Part shown: in pieces, positions 12,050 through 23,192 of the stretch
Layout of the letters: each line of letters begins with the position of its first letter
Numbering within the stretch: position 1 is the first letter of the stretch
Source of the DNA: Monocercomonoides exilis PA203
Lineage: Eukaryota; Protista; Preaxostyla
Length of the DNA stretch: 64,000 nt
Assembly: GCA_001643675.2 (NCBI GenBank)
Contig: LSRY02000006.1
Coordinates: 1,736,001-1,800,000, forward strand
Reading direction: 5' to 3'
Program-made: the position numbers and the translations under genes
The notes under the pieces: generated by a model
Told to the model about the DNA's origin: nothing
Database searches by the model: none
What the model saw: the letters and a program-made list of their open reading frames with translations, nothing else

Positions 12050-15000
12050 ATGTGGAAGACGATTCAAATTAAAAATGCAGTTGCTGGGTTTAATATGCAC
12101 ACTGCGGTAATTTACAAAGACCACATCCATTTGCATGGAGGCTATGGGAAAAACCCAACTATTATGCTGGATATTGAGCCGAGTTTGAATTTATAATTTT
12201 CCAACCTCAAATCCTTTTTATTTGAAATTATTTCACAAATGCTTTTAAATATATTCGTTTAAAATTTTGAATATCTTATTTTTTAAAAAGGTACTGGTTT
12301 GACAAAAACTTCACCTATAAAGCCTACAAAGCGATATGGGCATACTGCAACGCTTGTACAAAATCACCTTTATATTTTCGGTGGGAAGGATTTTTCTGTT
12401 CGAGTTAATGAGCTTTGGGATTATGCAATGGATGATGGATCATGCTCAAAGGTGAGCACATCAGGTACTGCACCTTCACCTAGGAATAGCCATACCGCCA
12501 TATATTTCAACGGATCAATTTGGATTTTTGGAGGCATTGATGATGCAGATAACCTTTATAACGACATGTATCAATATTCAATTGGTTTGAATTTTAGCAA
12601 ATTTCAAAGAATTTTTTGACGTTTTTTAAATAATTAGCGGATAAAAAATGGAAGAAAGTTATCTATTTAAATGGAGATGGTGACATTTTCAATGTTCCGC
12701 CTCCGATGTACATGCATTCAGCTGTTTTGCTCCAGAATAGATATATGTATGTTTTTGGAGGAACTACAATCGCCACAAAACATGCGGGAAGATCAAGAGC
12801 AGGATTTTTAGACAGTCTTTATCGTTTTGATTGTGTAGATTACACATGGAAACGAATAACTCCACTTCGCTCAACTGTATCTCATCTTCCTGATCAAATG
12901 AAACTTGCCGGCTTGGAATCAACTATCGGGAGTGGAGATGCTGCAAGCACGAGTTCAATGGCTTCGTCCATACCCACAACAGACACAATCGCAACGACAC
13001 ATACAGTTTCTGATGGAACGTTTGGAGAGACATCTCGATTAGTCCTGACGTCCAGCGCCAAGGAATTGACGCTTGGCGGTGCTTCATGGCCTTCTGCGCG
13101 AGTGTCGCATGTGGCAGTGGAGATAAACGACAACATGATTGTGTTTGGAGGGAAAGGCGAAGTCGACTTCAACGATCTATGGATGTTCATTCCGAAAGCA
13201 GATGTGTGGAGGAAAATTCCTGTGAGAGGAACACCACCTTGTCCAAGGTATGGAAATAAAACCTTCTTTTTGAGACTATTTTATTTTATTTTATTTATTC
13301 AATTTTTCAACAGAGCTGCCCATGTTGGATTATCAAGAGGTACCACTTTGTACATCCACGGAGGGTTAGCCATTGAGAATACTCTTCCGCCTGATTTGCA
13401 TTGCATCGAACTGGATGACGAGTCTCTTCAGCAAGCATTCGCTCAGACATACGGCAGCGTCCAATACGATCTGAATGGGCGTTCTGATTCTTCAATGAAA
13501 GGAGAGGCCGAAAGATCGCATTTGCATAGATCAGGTCAGATGTTTTCTTCGTCATCATCATTTTCCTCATCTTCCTCATCTTCCTCTTCTTCTTCAGACG
13601 CTTCTTCTGCTTATTCGAGAATACGACTACAAATGGACGAGATACTTGATTCAGCAATAGGAGAGATACCAATCGATGGCAAAGTTGCTCTTCCTGCCAT
13701 CAAAGAACTCGACTCACACAAAAAACAGATTGCTTCAAGATCAGCGAAATCTTCTATGAACTCCGAGCCTTCTTCGCAGGCTTCGCAATCGGGTGCTCGT
13801 CTTCGCGTCTCTACGCGGAAGCGGAAGCCTACGCAAAATAATGAGAAAGTGCCGATATTCTCTTCTTCCATTTCATCCACACTGCATGACGAGACTCTGC
13901 CAGCGCTGTTCTCTCCTCTCCAGCCACATTCGCCTGGAGACGCGGCAGCCGCAGACGATTCAGTCATCACCCCATCAGCCGAGACGCTTCTGAAGGAAAC
14001 AGTTCTTCCGAAGGAGTTGAGGAAGCTGGGGATGACCCAGCTGGGGATGAACTTGCTGTCGCTTGTGTGCGACTACGACACTTGCGATGGATATTTGTGT
14101 TTGAAAGGCGACTTCTGGGAAGACGACGAGAAGTTCCTGAAGGAGGCTGAAGAGAGGCAGCACAAGAGAGCACTGAAAGAAGATAAAAACGCTGCATCCA
14201 AGTCGAGTGCTTCAAGCAGCACTTCTTCGTCTGATGCTTCCGGAAGCAGTGGAGATCAAAGCACAGAAAGCAACATCAGCAGCAGTCCAGGCACAAGCTC
14301 CTCGTCTTCTTTGGACGATGGGCTGGATGAGCTGGGCACACCTCCTCCGATTGGACTCTCAAAGCCGCAGTGTATTGTAGTGCTTGTGCATCAGTGGCTG
14401 GTAGAGAACAGGATGCCAGCGCTTCTGCCGCATGTAGTTCCACGCCCAGAACACACGCTGTTCAACAAAGCGAGGACTGAATTTGAGAACTGGAAGAAGA
14501 AAAGAGACGAGACCAACAGCCTGCTGAAGAAGTCGCTGTTGTGGGAGGAGAAAGAGAAGGAGGATGAGGAAAGAGAGCTTGAAGAGAGACAGTCAGAAGA
14601 TGAGGATGATGAACAACAGGAGCGAAAGAAGGCGAAGAAAAGAGGAAGCAGCAAAAAAAAAAGGAATGTCAGACCAGACTCAATCCCGCCAGTGGCCAAG
14701 CTGTATGAGCAGATGCAGAAGCAGAACGAAGAGCTTTCGAAGACGATCGATGAGGTTGTGCCAATGATTGTGCGGAACGAGGCAGACTCCACACTCACAG
14801 CTCTTCCGCTTGAAGGTGTTGGAGCAGAAGCGTTGTCTGTTTTGTTGGGATATGTCTACTCAGACTGTCTGCTGCCATCTTTTCTGATTCCACCGCTGCG
14901 AAACGAGAGAACAGGCATTGCAGTAATGAAGGCAGCGCTGGAAAAGGCAGAGAAGGAGAACAGCATACTTCTTCAGCACATCACAGAAAACACTTCCAGG

Positions 15001-15957
15001 AATGATCCATCGAAGGATTACACGAACGAAGAAGGCAAAGCATACCAATCTCGCAGCACAATTGATGGAGACACTGCCTCTTCTCCTGATGAAGCACAGG
15101 GAAAGTCAGAATTTGGATCTTCTTCTGGTGATGGATTGCCTGATGTGTCTGAGCTTGAGCCACCTCCGCCTGATGGAATGGGCGATTTGCCTGGCGAGCC
15201 ACCGCTTCCGCCTGAAGAGCCGTTTCCATTGGAGGCAGAGGAAGACTGGTCGTTTTTGAAGGGATGGGGAAAAGGATCAGCTCCACAGAACAGAAGCTAT
15301 GCCTGTATGGAGCAGAGAATCAAGTCGATGATGTCACCCCCAGTGACTCCCTCTTGGGTCATCGGCAAAATCCCCTGCTCTGCTTTGCTCGAAACTTCTA
15401 TGCAGCCCATTCCTCCTTCAATTTATGCACTTCCTTCACCTTCAATCTCTATGCAGATTCCAGATGCCTCTGGTTTGATACCGTTGGCTCCATCACCTTC
15501 ATTAGCATCTTATTCTTCAACAGCAACAGCTGCAACTGCATCTTCCGCAATCGCTTCGTATTCATCTACTTCCTCATCCTCATCTTCTTCTTCTGCACAT
15601 GCAACGCCTTCTTCTTCTCTGATATCTTCCATGTCTCCATTGACCCAGTCACTCTACAAAGAACTATCAATCGATTATTCCTCTCTCTCATTTCTGGCTG
15701 AGCTTCCGCCGCCTCCTTATTTGAGCGACATGGAGAAGCTTATCCCATCTCCACGGGCGCTGGTTGATCTGCACGTGAAAGGGGAGAATTGGGGTGTGGG
15801 CAGGCTGCGCATCTTGTGCTTCAACGGCATAATGGAAGGAATGGACGAGACGAATATTGAAGATGTGATTGCTCAGTGCAAGCGGGGTGGTGTGGTGAAG
15901 TTGGAGAAGATGTATTTGGGATGGCTGGTGGGCGCGAAGAAACTGGGGATTGCATGA
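12050..15957 (+). CDS. Kelch-repeat protein with a split C-terminal BTB-like domain (LZTR1-like architecture), 4 exons
   Basis: Kelch motifs (RYGHTA..YIFGG, PRNSHTA..IWIFGG, RVSHVA..VFGG) and BTB-like segments (VLVHQWLVENR; LEGVGAEALSVLLGYVYSD; GVGRLRILC). GT-AG introns 12183-12290, 12585-12637 and 13248-13313 keep the frame. Confidence 0.8.
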
Positions 15958-16643
15958 GTTCTGCATGGAATTCTGACATTATAACAACAATTCATTTTTA
16001 AATCTGCTTCCTCCTTCATTCTGCTTGTTTTTATAACATTTTATCTCTTTTGTGCATTTTGCTAATCTGGCTGTGTGTCAAGAGCTACAACCGCATTTTT
16101 CGCTTTTCTTGTTATTTGCTCTAATCTTCCAAAAAATTCAAATCTATCTCTCTTTCTCTCACTTCTTGTTCCTTTTAAAAGTTTTCTTGAATATTTGATG
16201 AAATAGCTTGTATTTTTGGATATTTTTTGACTTTTTGTGTTTGTTGTGAATTATTCTCCTTGTCGAATTGTTATTATGTTTTCTTATTTGTTTTGTTTTG
16301 TTTTTCTTTGCTTGTTTCATATCACTTATTTCAATTGTTTTAACTATAGAATTTTTTATCATTTTAAGTTCTTGCAATTGGAAAAAAGTAAAAAAGAGAA
16401 CGACTCAACTTTATTAATGACTTCTTTGTTTTGAAAAGTTCAACTGAAACGATGAAGTTGTTGAATAAAAATAAATTCACGTTATTTTATCGTGAAATTC
16501 TAGAAATGGCTATTCACAAACTCAAATCAAAATTAACAAGCTATCATCATCGAAAACTATAAATCATAAAGTTTAAAGGAATTACAATTGAAAGAGGAAA
16601 AAACTTGATTTATCGCAAAAAGATTAGAAAAAACATTAAAATT

Positions 16644-19400
16644 TTAGATAAAACGCTTAATCCACTTCATTTTCTTTTCATCGTAAGGCGGAAAAAGGCA
16701 TTGAAAATCAAACATTCGAGAAACAAAGCATTCTGATCTGAAAGAAGAAAATGCATCAAAAGTGCTTTTCCCTCCAAACGAGCCTTCTCCTGTGAACACA
16801 AACGAGGTGTTCAAAGCAGAATGAGCTGCATTGCTTGACGATGAGGAAGAAGTAGACAACGATGAATGAAGAATGGACGATTCCATCGGCAGCGCAGGCA
16901 CAAGCGGATGAATGCAGCACTCGTTGACAATGAAATATGCAGGGCACAAAGGAAGACATCTTCGTGTTTCTTTCTCATTGGCTGGCTGTTTTGTTGCATC
17001 CTGTGATATTTCGCCTGTGTTGAGAAACGCTTCCAGCTGGCGGACAAACAGCCCATCATCCGAAAAGACAGACATCGAAACAGGAACCGAATGGAGCAAA
17101 GGAGAAGACGCACTGATTCGGAAAAACGGAGAAGATGACTCAGAAAATGGAAAAGCAGTTCGATCTAATAATGAAGTGGAAGACCCTTCTGCTTTGCAAC
17201 TGTCTTTCTGTTCTTCGGACACAATTGGAACAGGTGAATCAGAAGAAGAAGATGAAGAAGCTCGTGCAGATTCTTCAGCTTCAGCTTCAGCTTCAGCTTC
17301 TGATGATGATGATGATGGAGATGATGAAGATGACAAAGAAGAATTGGACGAAGATGAAGACGAAGATGTTTCAGGTGATGAAACAACACTTTCTTCATCT
17401 GAAACTGCAGATGATGGAGTGAATGCAGAAGCCGATGAAGAAGGTGAATGTGAGGCACAATGTTCTGTATTCAAAGGAGTCGATAGAGTTTCCAATGCCA
17501 AAAATAGATTGCTTTGAAATGGAGGCTTCAGAACAATCACAGGAAGAATTGGGCAAAACAACGGCTTAGATAACAAAGGGCTGGACAAAAAGCGAGAAAA
17601 TGAATTTTCCGTTTCACAATTTGAGGAAGATTCAGAGCAATACGGCTTTTCCTTAACTTCACTTGAATTTGTTTCTTGTGTATCGTCTAATGATAATAAA
17701 ACAACCGTTGGCTCGATAAACAGATCCTCTTGAATATAACTTCCGCCACACACAATTTGATGCTTCACATTATTTGAGCCTTTGCTCGGTTTTGAGTGAG
17801 ACCACTGATCGCTTTCGCATTTTGAAGAATCTTCTGACTCTGTTTCTTTCATTTGCGTTTCATCTTTTCTATCTTTTGGGGTTAACTTTTTCGGTGCAAT
17901 TTCTTTGAGAAGATTCACAGCTCGTTTCCATTCAGCGAGACAACCCATCCTCCCATAATCTTCACCTGTTCCAAGAATCGTACGCTTGCATTTTTCTTCT
18001 TTGTTTGTATCATCATTTTCAAATTCTTCATCTTCTTTATTCGTTTCAGCTGATGCTGTGTCTTTTCCAGAAAAGACTCTTTTTTCATAAAGTTTCTCTT
18101 CCTCACAACTGCCAAAACACTCGGAAATTGCAGCTTTAATTTCTTCCACAAATAAATCTTGAATCTCCTCTGAAATGATAACATAGTCAGGTGCCACAAT
18201 TGTCTGTCCGCAGTTCATAAACTTTCCAGTTACTATCTTCTTCACAGCCATCGACAGAAATGGATCCTGTCCAGCCTTTGCTGTTGTTAACAGCATTTTC
18301 TTTCTTTTTGTGGTCAATTTCAATGAAATGATTACCGGATTCTTTGATTCTAATACAAAAAGCGTTGTTCTTGGAATTGTTGAGGTAGATGTTAATGGAT
18401 CAAGTACTGGATCTTTACTCCGATGAGAAAAGGGAATAATTCCCTTTAAAGTTTTTGACGGCAAGCAAGTGAAAGGAGAAGTTGAAGATGCTGACATGAT
18501 CAGAGGAAGAGCACTCATTTTCTTTATTAATTCGCACAATGAAGATGGGCCAATGCAAAATATCCCATCCCAGGTCAAAGAAAGAATGCACAAAAGGGCT
18601 CGCTCTGCGGAAATTGCAGCATCTGTAATCTTTTTGTGAGCATTAATTTCAATAACTGATAGATTAGATGAAGAAGCAATTGTTGCTGCATCGTCATTTA
18701 GAAAAACTGTTTGAATACAACCATCTACAAAATATTTTGGAATGAGCTCCTGAAGCAGCCCCGAAACATGTAATCCTGCATCGGTTCCTTGATTTGGCAA
18801 TACAAGGCAAATGCAGCATCCTGCAGCAAGAGCACCTGCAAGCAGATCGAAAACGTACAGTAATGACGATGACCAATGAGGAAACAACAAAACAACTCCT
18901 AATGGATATGGAGTAATCTGTGAAGAAGAAAATCCTTTTAGGAGTGCAACAGGAGTAGAAACTAATGTTGAAGAACACCACGACGATAAATGCTTTATTG
19001 CCTCTGCCACAGAATTCTGCGCAAATCCAAGATCATGCAAATATGAAACAGAAGAAGATTTGTGAAAATCCAAAAATAGTGCAGTCTCAAAATCCTTGAA
19101 ATTTTCTGTTAATAATGTTTGAAGAAGTTTTAATTGTGCTAGCCTCCAGCTAGACGGAAATGAAGCTCCACTTCGAAAAAGTTGATGAAGCTTTTTATGA
19201 GCTTCAATAACATCATTGTACGAAATTGACTTTTTCAATGCTTTCAGTGAATCGTGATTTCCTTTCTTGCCACTGTAAAATGAAGGTGATAATTTTTCAT
19301 TTTTTATTTCACTTCTTTTTTCATTTTCAGAACATATATTGGGGATGCATGACCATTCTTCATCCTCTGTGCAAGATAAGTGATGTTTATCTTGAATCAT
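16644..19400 (-). CDS. ALDH3-family aldehyde dehydrogenase homolog with long low-complexity insertions; probably catalytically inactive
   Basis: WRLAQLKLL, PYPLGVVL, GKFMNCGQTIVAPDYV, FIEPTVV, PILPVI, GSFGGKSTFDAFS, FPPYDEKK. Start codon uncertain (first in-frame ATG at 19400). Confidence 0.85.
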   Translation of the reverse strand: MIQDKHHLSCTEDEEWSCIPNICSENEKRSEIKNEKLSPSFYSGKKGNHDSLKALKKSISYNDVIEAHKKLHQLFRSGASFPSSWRLAQLKLLQTLLTENFKDFETALFLDFHKSSSVSYLHDLGFAQNSVAEAIKHLSSWCSSTLVSTPVALLKGFSSSQITPYPLGVVLLFPHWSSSLLYVFDLLAGALAAGCCICLVLPNQGTDAGLHVSGLLQELIPKYFVDGCIQTVFLNDDAATIASSSNLSVIEINAHKKITDAAISAERALLCILSLTWDGIFCIGPSSLCELIKKMSALPLIMSASSTSPFTCLPSKTLKGIIPFSHRSKDPVLDPLTSTSTIPRTTLFVLESKNPVIISLKLTTKRKKMLLTTAKAGQDPFLSMAVKKIVTGKFMNCGQTIVAPDYVIISEEIQDLFVEEIKAAISECFGSCEEEKLYEKRVFSGKDTASAETNKEDEEFENDDTNKEEKCKRTILGTGEDYGRMGCLAEWKRAVNLLKEIAPKKLTPKDRKDETQMKETESEDSSKCESDQWSHSKPSKGSNNVKHQIVCGGSYIQEDLFIEPTVVLLSLDDTQETNSSEVKEKPYCSESSSNCETENSFSRFLSSPLLSKPLFCPILPVIVLKPPFQSNLFLALETLSTPLNTEHCASHSPSSSASAFTPSSAVSDEESVVSSPETSSSSSSSNSSLSSSSSPSSSSSEAEAEAEAEESARASSSSSSDSPVPIVSEEQKDSCKAEGSSTSLLDRTAFPFSESSSPFFRISASSPLLHSVPVSMSVFSDDGLFVRQLEAFLNTGEISQDATKQPANEKETRRCLPLCPAYFIVNECCIHPLVPALPMESSILHSSLSTSSSSSSNAAHSALNTSFVFTGEGSFGGKSTFDAFSSFRSECFVSRMFDFQCLFPPYDEKKMKWIKRFI

Positions 19401-19555
19401 TATAGTTTGCAACGTCCTCAATAACTGTAGATTTACATTTTAAAAAATAAGTATTATTCAAAATAGATTAAGGCCTTTCGATCATCAGCAAAAATAATTA
19501 TTTGCTGCAATTACGCCGATTTAAGGCATCATCGGCGATATTCAGCAAGTAGCTC

Positions 19556-22500
19556 ATGCTTGCATTTCGTTCAGACTTTTCAGATGTTGACCTTTTTGAC
19601 TGTTCCGATATGGAAGATATCCTATCTCCTGATCCTGGAAGTCGTGCAGTGTCTTCCCTTTTTCTGGGAACGTACGATGAAGCCGATATATTTTCATTGT
19701 TAGAGCGATATGGTTTGTAAATGCATTTAGCGAATTTTATTTTTTTCATGAATTGTACCAACGTTTAGGTGTTATGAAAGCACTTCAAATTAAAGGAATT
19801 AATCCAAATGAACTTGAAATGAGAATGGATGTAAGAGATCATTTTATTCACAAAATATATTTTCATCTTGGGTCATCACATCCTCCACTTCCATTTCCTC
19901 CTAAAACCCTCAATTCATTGTCGATGCAACAAATCACTCCGATTCCGAAGCAAATTCACCAACATTCTGAAAAATCAAGGGAGGAACATCGCCAAACTTC
20001 TTCACTTTCCAAATCAGATTCTAAACAAGAAATTCCTCAATCTTCATCTTATTACTTGATGCAGTTTGTAACAAACACCTCAGATGAAAGCTCTACTGAA
20101 GTATCTTCAAAATCAAAAAGGAGTGAAGGAAAGAACGCCTCTACTCCTTGGTCATGGACAAATTCATTTTTTTCAGTGTTCTCATCATTTTGGAAAAAAA
20201 AGAAACCAGAACCAGAGCCTGCACATCAATCTCGCTCTGCCATGGAAGTGTATTTTGCAGATTCAGAAGGAGATTCAGCAAAGAAAAATCAATCAACAGC
20301 GCATCCATCATCTTATGCGTCTATTCCTTCGCTTGGTCTGATGGTTGATGCAAGTGACACCATTGTATCTTCCTTATCTTCGCTTCTGTCCGTGTTTTCA
20401 CCATCATCTTCTTCATCAGATTCTTCATCAACAGCCACATCACCATCTACCGTTCCTGTGCAATCTTCTTCAGTACCTGCCTCCACTTCATCCAACAGGG
20501 CATCAAATCCGCCTATCTCCTCTTATTCTTCCTCTTCTTCGTCAGTTCAAATCTCATCGGCTCCTCTGACTTCCCCATCGTCAATCCCCACTCCCTCAAT
20601 TTACACTGGGCTGTGTGCCATGTGCGCTGTTCGCGCCAACACAAATCATTTTATTTCAGACTTTGCCTCTGTGCAGCACAGTTGGGGCGCGAATGTGCCT
20701 TCATCCACTGGTGCTAATCTTTCTCTTGGAAACACTTACTATCAGCGGACTTTGTCACTGCTGGAGCGTATTTTAGGGGAGGCGCCTCTGAATGTGCTGA
20801 CCATCGAGTATCTTGTGATGCAGAATCCTCTAAAGGAGTTTTCGCGAGATAGCAGCGGGATCTTCTCTTCCACTCGGGCACCACTGCCTGGTCAACGTCG
20901 TCCTGGACTCGGCTGCGGAAGGCAAGTACTGCAAATGGTGACTGAAGTGTCCTCCTCAAAGGGAAGAGACTTTATTGCTAATAAGCCGGAGTTCTTTCAC
21001 AATGCTGTGTTTTATGGAGGATTTCATTTTCTGGTGCCTGAGATTGAAGTATGGATCTATTTATTTTTTAGGTTTTGAAATCGATTAATACCATTCAAAA
21101 TTTTTTATTTTTGACATTTTTGAATGTTTCTAAATGCGACTTCTGTTCAGAGTGCCTTTCGCTTTTTGTTTTATCAGCTGATTCCAACAATCCAACTGAA
21201 AGGGCTGTCTGCTGTTTCATTTGCAATTCATCTTGGATGCTGCTTCGAGGAGTTCCTCATTCCACAGTCTGTTGTCGATGAAGAAGAGGCAAAAGGAACT
21301 GTATTTGAAGTTCTGGGGCCAGCAGACGATTGGGAAGTCGACGAAACTTCCAGTTTTGGGAGCTTGAAGTCATTTCTCAACGGACTTGTTCGCTCTTTGT
21401 CTGGAAGTGTTAGTAGTAACACACCAAAAAAAACAATAAATGAGAAGCAAACAAAAGGCATACAGAAAGTTGCAGACAGCAATTCCAAAGGCAAAAAGAA
21501 GACACAAAAACAGAAAGCAGAAAGCAAAAAAGAAGCTAAAGGAAAGTCTTCAAGAAAAAAAGGAGAAAAGAAAAAAAGATCGCAATCTAACAAGAATGAC
21601 GAAGAAAAGCATGCAAAGCAAAGCTCATCACAAAGCAGAGTGTCATTCTTTCGATCACACAAAAAGCAAAAGAGCAAAGACAACTCAGCACATTCGAGTA
21701 ATGATGCTGCAGATGGCGCAAAAGAAGCGGAAAACATATCTTCGTTCCATCCTTTCTTTACACCAGACTCTGATCCTGTTCCAACACCAGAGAATCCGCT
21801 GGTGGCTGTGCGAGTGACAGTTCGTTGGACCAAAGAAGATTTGCTATTTGCTTCATCAGAGCGAACGAAGAGACTGTTTAATAACGATGAGTGGCTTGGT
21901 GCTGAGAAGCTCCACACAGAAAAGAGATTCAAAGCTCGAAAAAGCAGAATTGTGATTGACTGGGATTTGTTGAGGCTGAAAGACCCGAACAAGCAGAGCA
22001 CAGCGCAACAGCAGACGAAGCAGAAAGAAGCCAGATCCGCTTCCTCTTCAGGTGAACGAATGACAGAAGCAGCTCTGCCATCGCAGCACAGTACATTGAA
22101 GGAAGCTGCAAATGACAATCCATTGGATGCAATTGCAAGTGATTCAAAAGAAAACTTAGATAGTGGAAATGAAATGCAATATGAAAAGCACGAGAAAGAA
22201 ACGCTTAATGATGACGAAAAGGAAGAGGAGCTTGAAGAAGAAGAGGAAGAGGAAGAAGAAGATGATGAGGACGAAGATGAGGACGAAGATGTAGATCCTA
22301 CACCATCACCAGGGATTAACATTTCCACTCTCGACATCCTCACAGCCACGTTGAGCCAATCGCAGAAATTGAAGCAACAACAGCTGTTGGAAAAGCGATC
22401 CTCTGAAAAAAATACTTCTGCTCAAAAATGTGCAGAATGGGCTGACAATTCGGCAGATGAAACAACATCTGCATCTCCTTCACCATCTTCAACTTCTTCA

Positions 22501-22578
22501 CCTCGCTTTACTTTGTCTCCTTATTCTTCTGTCGCAAATAACACCTCTAACTCACATCGCAAAACCCATCAAACATAA
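19556..22578 (+). CDS. Uncharacterised protein resembling a bacterial-type GNAT-like domain (LPGQxxPGLG family), 3 exons, low-complexity insertions
   Basis: GT-AG introns 19713-19768 and 21049-21150 join FLGTYDEADIFSLLERYGV ... LTIEYLVMQNP ... PLPGQRRPGLGCGRQVL ... NKPEFFHNAVFY.GFHFLVPEIE ... LSAVSFAIHLGC. Family recognised from memory. Confidence 0.7.
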
Positions 22579-23192
22579 AATCACCCATTTCACTGCACAT
22601 CATATTCCATTTCGAAATGAGTCAAATATAAAAGAGTGATCCAATGAAACAACCTCATCGATCAAATCAAACCAAAAAGGATATAAAATAAAATGACATC
22701 CCCCCAAATAGCAATAAACACAATAAAAATTCTTTTTATAAATGAAAATCAACAACAATAATAAAATATAATGAATAATAAAATTAAAAGAGCAGTAGAA
22801 TGAAGCGATGTGAGGTGGAGGATAATAAAATATTCTGACTTATTAAAAAATATGTAATACAAATAAAAAGCAGGTCAATCAAAGTATATAATAAATAAAT
22901 CGAAAATAAAAATAATATACAAGAAGATGAAAAGAATCTGAAACCTAATGTTAACAAAAGAACTCTACTTCAACTGTCAAACACAACAAACAGCAACTTA
23001 TTTGTGTGAGTAACTCAAAAGATGTTGCTGGCCGAAAACTCTAAAACAAATGCTTATGCTGAATTTTTAATTAAAAAAAATCATCACCTTAAAACATAAA
23101 CTTCTCCGCCCTCCTACTTTATCCATAAGAATCATTCAGCACAAGGCAAATAGTGTATACAACAGAAGGTGCACTGAATATTCACAGTGTGC

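Noticed and set aside
21228-22349. Long antisense ORFs here and at 34759-36401, 43771-45853 and 16912-17517
   Set aside because: They are shadows of Glu/Lys/Ser-rich sense genes; GAA/TCT repeats lack stops on the opposite strand.
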